From a virus, in the IMG/VR virus record IMGVR_UViG_3300015371_000005, positions 1-64,000 of that record: DNA of 64,000 nucleotides. One strand, given 5' to 3'. Under the pieces are notes generated by a model. That model was not told where the DNA came from. It was given only the letters and a program-made list of their open reading frames with translations, and did no database searches. The translations under genes and the position numbers were made by a program. Shown in pieces: positions 58,625-64,000 of this stretch (position 1 is the stretch's first letter; each line of letters begins with the position of its first letter).

Positions 58625-59488
58625 ATGCCGTACGATACCAAGAAGTACACCATCACTGTCAACGACATTCAGTACGATGTCGATGAAGAGGAGACCGACA
58701 GTGGGAACGACTTCACGATCTCGCTCGATGGCGAGCCCGTGTTCGAGGGGCTGGAAGGACACATCGCCTACGAGCAGGACGCTGACAGCCCACGCGATTG
58801 GGAAAACGTGGGTACCATGCTCGTCAACTACGATCACTACAACCTAGGCGACGGCAATAACGACGAGTTTGAGGTTGAGTGCGATCAGTGCGGAGGCGCA
58901 GGCTGCTATCCCGATCCCGACAGCGATCACGAACTTGATTGCGAAAAGTGCAATGGCGATGGCTATATCACGCTAGATCCGGCCAGCTACTACCGCAAGG
59001 AGCGCGGCGCTCGCGTCGTCCTGCCGCTGTTCGTCTACGAGCACAGTGGAATCACCATGAGCGCTGGCGCTGCAATCGCTGACCGCGCCAAGCAGGGTGA
59101 CGTTCGCTCGACCGGGCGCTTCGTAGGCGACGATGCTGGTTGGGATACCTCGTTCGTCGGGTTCATCTTCGACACGCCCGAGGGCATCGATAAGTGCTTC
59201 GGAGACTCGGCTGGTATTGCGCATGTAGCCGGTGTGCTTGACGATCAGATTGAGGAGGCGCTGCGCAGCGAGGTGTCAATCTACGCCAGCTACCTTGAGG
59301 GCGATGTCGTCTACTTCCTCACCTACGACGAGGAGACCGAATACGGCGATGGCTGCGGTGGCTTCATTGGCGACCACGAGGAGTGCAAGAATCAGCTCTT
59401 CGCCTCGCTTGAGCAGGCAATCAAGATTCGCCTGGACGAGTACAAGGAGCGTGCCGAATGGGCAGCGCGAGACACGATCACGATCTGA
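58625..59488 (+). CDS. hypothetical protein with inserted DnaJ-type zinc-finger pair
   Basis: Zinc-finger motifs CDQCGGAG and CEKCNGDG. Preceded by CTGACAACC-AGGAGG. Confidence 0.65.
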   Translation: MPYDTKKYTITVNDIQYDVDEEETDSGNDFTISLDGEPVFEGLEGHIAYEQDADSPRDWENVGTMLVNYDHYNLGDGNNDEFEVECDQCGGAGCYPDPDSDHELDCEKCNGDGYITLDPASYYRKERGARVVLPLFVYEHSGITMSAGAAIADRAKQGDVRSTGRFVGDDAGWDTSFVGFIFDTPEGIDKCFGDSAGIAHVAGVLDDQIEEALRSEVSIYASYLEGDVVYFLTYDEETEYGDGCGGFIGDHEECKNQLFASLEQAIKIRLDEYKERAEWAARDTITI

Positions 59489-59700
59489 TTACCTCAGAAG
59501 ACCTGCATGACGCTACCGATGTTGTGCAGGCTACGGAGAGCGAGGCGGCAATCGGCTTTGAGGCCAATGCGATTCAAACGTTCTTCGATGAGACGATCTG
59601 GGACAACCATCCGCAGATGGGCAACGTATCGCTCGCGCTGGGTATTTTTATCGGCGCGGTAGCAGCTAGGAAGGTGATTGACAATGGTCATTCCAGGTGA
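59458..59700 (+). CDS. hypothetical protein
   Basis: 80-aa ORF that overlaps the upstream gene by 31 nt. Confidence 0.45.
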   Translation: MGSARHDHDLITSEDLHDATDVVQATESEAAIGFEANAIQTFFDETIWDNHPQMGNVSLALGIFIGAVAARKVIDNGHSR

Positions 59701-59884
59701 TGTCAAGCTGGTTTTTGACGCCAAGCTGTGGGCGGGCAAAGACGTTGGTGACAACTCGCAGTTCTACAAGGAAGCTACCATTCTCAACATGTCTGACGAT
59801 GGCAAGCTGGCGGACGTACGCTTTCACCACAGCAATCGCGTCAGTCGCGGGCACTTCACCTACGGCATGAAGGAACTTCTATGA
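59684..59884 (+). CDS. hypothetical protein
   Basis: ATG after GGAAGGTG. 66 aa. Confidence 0.5.
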   Translation: MVIPGDVKLVFDAKLWAGKDVGDNSQFYKEATILNMSDDGKLADVRFHHSNRVSRGHFTYGMKELL

Positions 59885-60417
59885 CTCCGATTCAACCAGG
59901 TGACATCTTCGTCAAGCCATATGGCAAGAACGAAATCGTATTGATGATGTTACCTCGTACGAAACGATCGGCCAAGCAACCCTACGCTCGGCTCTCTTCC
60001 TCGCCTGTCACCTTCGATTCGGCGTGGTGGGATAGCCGTGACATGGTAGGCGGCGCTCATAAGAACCTGCGCTACGTGGGCACCGTGCCCAAGCAGCACA
60101 TGGTCCGGCTCCTCAAGCAACGTACACGCAAACGCAGCACACTCAAGGATAGGCTCATGGCTGACTCAATGAAGTTCACAGAGCGTAGGATCATGGACGA
60201 GGACTCGGGCGTTCAGTACACGCCGTTCATCACACACGATGGCCGCGTGGGCTACGAATGCACCGACACCGCAACGGGAAGGTTCGAGTTCCTGTACTTC
60301 AACCCGAGCAACGGTAGCGATGATGGCGTTCCCAACGTCTTTGTCTACCAGGGTACGCAGAACGATCCCTACGCAGACGGCGCGGTTCACCACTACACAG
60401 TGCTTGACAACAACTAG
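59881..60417 (+). CDS. hypothetical protein
   Basis: 178 aa. ATGA overlap with the upstream gene. Confidence 0.6.
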   Translation: MTPIQPGDIFVKPYGKNEIVLMMLPRTKRSAKQPYARLSSSPVTFDSAWWDSRDMVGGAHKNLRYVGTVPKQHMVRLLKQRTRKRSTLKDRLMADSMKFTERRIMDEDSGVQYTPFITHDGRVGYECTDTATGRFEFLYFNPSNGSDDGVPNVFVYQGTQNDPYADGAVHHYTVLDNN

Positions 60418-60425
60418 GAGGAATC

Positions 60426-60731
60426 ATGCTTGCACTAGCAGTCAGAGTCGTGCAAACCGTCCATCGCAATCTGGATGGCGCTGAAGTAATCGGGTTGATC
60501 CACACATCGACTGACAGGAACAACGAGTACTGGGAGCGTGTCTACGAAGTTGCGTGGCAACGCCCTGACCAGTGTGGTACTCATCGCGTTCACATTGACA
60601 GCGACGATCACGGTGCCTGCTTCGTCGGTCACTACGACATGAACCGCGAGGAAGCGCTTGAGGACATGATCGTCCGCGCCGGATGCACACCGCTACCGAT
60701 GCCCGTCAAGGCACGTAAGGCTCGCCGGTAG
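60426..60731 (+). CDS. hypothetical protein
   Basis: 101 aa with SD AGGAGG. Confidence 0.6.
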   Translation: MLALAVRVVQTVHRNLDGAEVIGLIHTSTDRNNEYWERVYEVAWQRPDQCGTHRVHIDSDDHGACFVGHYDMNREEALEDMIVRAGCTPLPMPVKARKARR

Positions 60732-60752
60732 CGGTGCACACCTAGCTTGCAT

Positions 60753-62087
60753 TTAGATTTCTGTCAACGAGGCAAGCGGGAACTGGAAGCTGATTGCCAC
60801 CATTGCCGTCTGCGTATCCTTGTTGACACTGTTGACCGTGCCCGTCTTGCCGTAGTACTTCGAGCGCGGGTTCGTGATCTTCACCTTGTCACCCGCCGCA
60901 ATCTCGTTCACGGGCGGCGGGGGCGGCGGGGGCGGTGCCGATGCGACGATGACCGGGTGCGCAACCTTGTTGGTATCGCCGTCAACGTCCTTGACAGACA
61001 GGTTCACATTCTTTGTCCCTGGCTGCTGGAAGGTGAACGACAGCTTGGAACCGGTTCCCAGCGGGTACACGGCTCCGGAGGTCTCATCGGTCCAGGTGAA
61101 GGTGGCTGATCCGTCACCGACATCCGATGCGGACCCGTCGAAGGCCACGGGCTGGCCGATGACCGGGGCCGCAGGGCTGAAGGTGAAGCGTGCGACAGGC
61201 ACCTTGTCAGTCGGCGGCGGGGGCGGGGGAGGCGTGATACCGCCAGCCAAGCGACGCGAGCCCCACACCTGACCGTCCGGTGCGTTGGCCGGCGTGGCGA
61301 GCTGGAAGCCGGCGCGCGTCCCGGGATCGCCTGGTGCCTTGAACACGGCGTTTGTCAAGTCAGGTCCCTTGGTTCCGGTGATACCTGATTGCGCCACGTT
61401 GAACTTGGTTCCCCCGTCATAGGCGTTGTAACGCGAGATGTAGCCATTGGATGGCGGGTTGTCAGCATGGTCATCGAGGATGCGCGTGCCGTAGTTGGAA
61501 GCCACGAAGGTATTGTGCTCACAGCGGACACGAGCAACGCCTGACAAGCAGAAATCCCAGCCATCCTGATGTGTAACCAGATTGTCCTCAAACACGTTGT
61601 CGGAGTTGTTCCAGTCAACCATCATCACTGCAACTGCATTGTCGTGGAACCAGTTACCACGGATGACCACGAACTGGCTGTCCATGACCTGGATCGAGTC
61701 GGCGTGCATGACGTCAACCTGGGCGTGGTTGCGGAACTCGCAATCCTCCACGAGCACGCCTCGCACCGTTCCCATCTGGATTCCATCGCCCGAGCCGCCA
61801 TCGGACAGGAAGTTGCGGAAGATGATGCCGGCGCGTCCCGTACCCCAGTTCACGCCGCTTCCGAGGATCTGGAACTGCCCCTCGTAGGACTGAGCGGTGA
61901 CCGACATGTCGTTGACTTTCTTGCCGCCATCAATGACAAGGTTCATGTCAACGGATGCCTTGATAATGTGCTGGCCGGTGAAGGTACAATCCTTCAGCGT
62001 GATCCCCTTGTTGGAGATCGTGCCTCCGGTGATCGTCTCGCCGGTGACTGTCTGACCAGCAGCAATGCTGCCGATGGCAACACTCAT
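60753..62087 (-). CDS. beta-helix / PKD-domain / KOW-like C-terminal protein (depolymerase or receptor-binding candidate)
   Basis: N-terminal parallel beta-helix-like repeats. Two poly-Pro linkers (PPPPPPP, PPPPPPPP). PKD-like segment ARFTFSPAAPVIGQPVAFDGSASDVGDG...NLSVKDVDGD. C-terminal AAGDKVKITNPRSKYYGKTGTV. It is the only minus-strand gene in this block. Confidence 0.7.
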   Translation of the reverse strand: MSVAIGSIAAGQTVTGETITGGTISNKGITLKDCTFTGQHIIKASVDMNLVIDGGKKVNDMSVTAQSYEGQFQILGSGVNWGTGRAGIIFRNFLSDGGSGDGIQMGTVRGVLVEDCEFRNHAQVDVMHADSIQVMDSQFVVIRGNWFHDNAVAVMMVDWNNSDNVFEDNLVTHQDGWDFCLSGVARVRCEHNTFVASNYGTRILDDHADNPPSNGYISRYNAYDGGTKFNVAQSGITGTKGPDLTNAVFKAPGDPGTRAGFQLATPANAPDGQVWGSRRLAGGITPPPPPPPTDKVPVARFTFSPAAPVIGQPVAFDGSASDVGDGSATFTWTDETSGAVYPLGTGSKLSFTFQQPGTKNVNLSVKDVDGDTNKVAHPVIVASAPPPPPPPPVNEIAAGDKVKITNPRSKYYGKTGTVNSVNKDTQTAMVAISFQFPLASLTEI

Positions 62088-62169
62088 ACAGACCTTCCCT
62101 TACTCGTGACCACCTTAGCCTAAGATGATCTTGGTGGATGACACATCATAGCACACGAACTTAGAAGAT

Positions 62170-62199
62170 TTGACAAGCTGAATCGGCGGCTGATAGTGT
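62170..62199 (+). promoter_or_regulatory. sigma70-like promoter TTGACA-N18-TAGTGT with TG extension
   Basis: TTGACA at 62170-62175 and TGATAGTGT at 62191-62199, upstream of gene 62238. Confidence 0.4.
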
Positions 62200-62237
62200 G
62201 GTGGCTGCCACCGACAACACCGACAAGGAGAATGACA

Positions 62238-62741
62238 ATGGCGGTTGTAGGAACCAAGGAGATCCTTGGTCAGGAGTACGACATCGATGTTAGTAAGTAT
62301 GGCGTGTTCTACATCAAGGATGTCGCGGGAGAAGACGGCAGGAGCGACATCCTGGGCAGCGGCGATACGCTTGACCAGGCAACAGCAAAGGCTCGCATCG
62401 AGCTGAACAAGCGCAAGGTCAAGGTGCAGGTGCCGTTCATCACCAAGAACGGCCAGCGCGGCATGGCCACCGCTTTGCACGGTCGCAATCGCAAGGTACT
62501 GACCACGCTGGCTGACGGAGCAAAGCAGGCGGTTGACCAGCACACTCGCGTCTTCAAGCCCGACATGCCAAAAGAAGTGCTCGACTCTTACCTTGACAAG
62601 GTGCAGCGAGAGCGCGAGCTTACGGCTGAGATCAGGAAGATTGACAAGGAGTGGGAGTTCTCTCTCGGCCAGACAGTCATCGCCGCCATCAATGAGGCTG
62701 CCGCAGCAAAGGCTAAGCCTCTGGCGCGAATCAAAAGCTGA
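62238..62741 (+). CDS. hypothetical protein
   Basis: 167 aa with SD AAGGAG. Confidence 0.6.
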   Translation: MAVVGTKEILGQEYDIDVSKYGVFYIKDVAGEDGRSDILGSGDTLDQATAKARIELNKRKVKVQVPFITKNGQRGMATALHGRNRKVLTTLADGAKQAVDQHTRVFKPDMPKEVLDSYLDKVQRERELTAEIRKIDKEWEFSLGQTVIAAINEAAAAKAKPLARIKS

Positions 62742-62879
62742 GTTTGGGGGATGACCGGGCACCCCGCTCCCTCAGTCAATCAAGGCTTGCGATAAGGCTG
62801 CTAGGTAACGTGGAGCATGCAGCCTCGGTCATCATAAAGGGTGCCGGTCCGTACTGACAACGCCAACCAAGGAGATAAC

Positions 62880-63182
62880 ATGCCAACCGTAGCCAACATG
62901 CCTGGTGCTGATCTGGAAGTCACGTTTGCATCCGGCAAGACCAAGACAATCTTCATGCCACGTCTGCTCGTGCAGACACAGAATGCCGAGTTCAAGCGCG
63001 ACTACGGCATTTTCCTGCCCGGCGTCAACAAGCTCAGCCCGACTGTCAAGCAGCTTCGTGAGGAGTATGAGCTTGACTACTTCTTCGACGGGCCGGTCAA
63101 GACCTGGAAGGACTGCGCGGCAGTGATGCGCCACTTCTACAATCTGTGTGACAAGCATATCAAGGAGAGCATGAATGAGTAA
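62880..63182 (+). CDS. hypothetical protein
   Basis: 100 aa, preceded by CTGACAAC ... AAGGAG. Confidence 0.6.
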   Translation: MPTVANMPGADLEVTFASGKTKTIFMPRLLVQTQNAEFKRDYGIFLPGVNKLSPTVKQLREEYELDYFFDGPVKTWKDCAAVMRHFYNLCDKHIKESMNE

Positions 63183-63330
63183 CGAGGCTGACATCACTGA
63201 GGTTGTCGATGAGCTTACCGACGAGCTTGACCCGATTCGCATCGAGAACGAGGCAGAACGGCTCGGCATCACCGCCGAAGAGCTACTGCATCGCATCACC
63301 AAAGAGACGCTGAGCAGGTTGGGTGACTGA
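63175..63330 (+). CDS. hypothetical acidic small protein (51 aa)
   Basis: Hand-translated as MSNEADITEVVDELTDELDPIRIENEAERLGITAEELLHRITKETLSRLGD. Confidence 0.45.
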   Translation: MSNEADITEVVDELTDELDPIRIENEAERLGITAEELLHRITKETLSRLGD

Positions 63331-63563
63331 TGCTCAAACACACGAACATCCCGCAACCAAACGAATGGGATGGTGATCGCCTGCGCCGTCTGCGTCTGTC
63401 ACAAGGATTGACAATGCGTGAGCTTGCTCAGCGCGCAAAGATTGGCCATGATCTGATCTCGCGCTTTGAAAGCGGCTGGCGTAGCCCGAACATCGAGACA
63501 GTGTACCGCTTGCAACGAGGCTTGCAATGTTCATGGCGCGAGCTACTAGGACCTGACAACTGA
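63330..63563 (+). CDS. XRE-family HTH regulator
   Basis: LRRLRLSQGLTMRELAQRAKIGHDLISRFESGWRSPNIETVYRL. Confidence 0.75.
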   Translation: MLKHTNIPQPNEWDGDRLRRLRLSQGLTMRELAQRAKIGHDLISRFESGWRSPNIETVYRLQRGLQCSWRELLGPDN

Positions 63564-63733
63564 TGTTGAGAATGTGGACAATCAGGGTCTGCCGATGTGG
63601 ATACCCACTCGGTGCTACACTGGCAGCAATTCGCTTGTACATATGTCCTGATTGCGGGAGACTGACAGTTCCACTTGAAGATGTAACCGAAAGAGTAATC
63701 GTAAGGGAGTTTGTAAATGAGCAAGACAACTAG
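63563..63733 (+). CDS. small zinc-ribbon protein (56 aa)
   Basis: Hand-translated, with CRCG...CPDCG pairs. Confidence 0.45.
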   Translation: MLRMWTIRVCRCGYPLGATLAAIRLYICPDCGRLTVPLEDVTERVIVREFVNEQDN

Positions 63734-63884
63734 CCGTCCGTTCGTTCCCGTAGGCTCATACGACACGAAGGCACGCGCTAGCAATGCCTGTGTCGTGCTC
63801 AACCGCGAGAAGCCCGATCAGCACTGGGAGCCCTGTCCCTCGCCCAAGAATGCTGAGCGCTACGCCATCGTCCGAAAGAAGTGA
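63717..63884 (+). CDS. hypothetical small protein (55 aa)
   Basis: SD AAGGGAG. Hand-translated as MSKTTSRPFVPVGSYDTKARASNACVVLNREKPDQHWEPCPSPKNAERYAIVRKK. Confidence 0.45.
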   Translation: MSKTTSRPFVPVGSYDTKARASNACVVLNREKPDQHWEPCPSPKNAERYAIVRKK

Positions 63885-63889
63885 CAACC

Positions 63890-64000
63890 ATGAAAGAGCA
63901 GGGACTTTACGACTTCATCTCCCCCGTCTGGTCGGTGCCAACGATGTTGCCAGACGGTCATCGGATATGGCACGCGGTTACCACGACCAAGCTCGCCGGC
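63890..64000 (+). CDS. hypothetical protein (N-terminal part; continues past the right edge)
   Basis: The ATG follows GTGACAACC. The frame is open to the window end. Confidence 0.45.
   Translation, partial: MKEQGLYDFISPVWSVPTMLPDGHRIWHAVTTTKLAG

Overview
The window is a contiguous piece of a tailed dsDNA phage or prophage genome of siphovirus type. GC is moderately high, Shine-Dalgarno sites are strong (GGAGG type), and start/stop overlaps (ATGA, TAATG, GTGA, TTGA) are pervasive. All calls come from reading the sequence and ORF translations by eye; no searches were run.

Block 1 (1-34063, minus strand):
- A replication and nucleotide-metabolism module: HTH protein, DnaG-type primase, DUF2493/SLOG, NADAR, DnaB-type helicase, RNase H, endonuclease VII, family-4 UDG and an SF2 helicase.
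- A cluster of small membrane proteins.
- A tail and head module read right to left: S78-like prohead protease, scaffold, decoration-like protein, E-family major capsid, connector proteins and major tail protein.
- G and G-T chaperones with a TTTTTTC -1 frameshift site, then a 2324-aa tape measure carrying two peptidoglycan-hydrolase domains.
- Two tail-collar fibre paralogues and Dit/Tal-like proteins.
- No portal or terminase is present anywhere in the window.

A short plus-strand island (34212-35250) follows. It encodes a small HTH-like protein and a secreted Rpf-like transglycosylase.

Block 2 (35247-43480, minus strand) holds about 25 small early-type genes. These include LuxR-type and winged-helix regulators, zinc ribbons, a short GNAT and a secreted beta-helix protein.

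Block 3 (45707-64000, plus strand) holds about 45 mostly small genes. These include an HNH endonuclease, an SF1 helicase, a SAM methyltransferase, an Ltp-like exclusion protein and an XRE regulator. One beta-helix/PKD gene is reverse-oriented.

Blocks 2 and 3 diverge from a 2.2-kb non-coding region, which is the most unusual part of the window. It contains iteron-like arrays, a G-tract flanked by inverted repeats, and a roughly 0.9-kb hairpin-dense candidate ncRNA. A tRNA-like element and a possibly pseudoknotted element follow within the first 1.5 kb of Block 3 (47004-47173).

An oriented motif, CTGACAAC (sometimes extended to CTGACAACACCACC), marks about 20 gene junctions.
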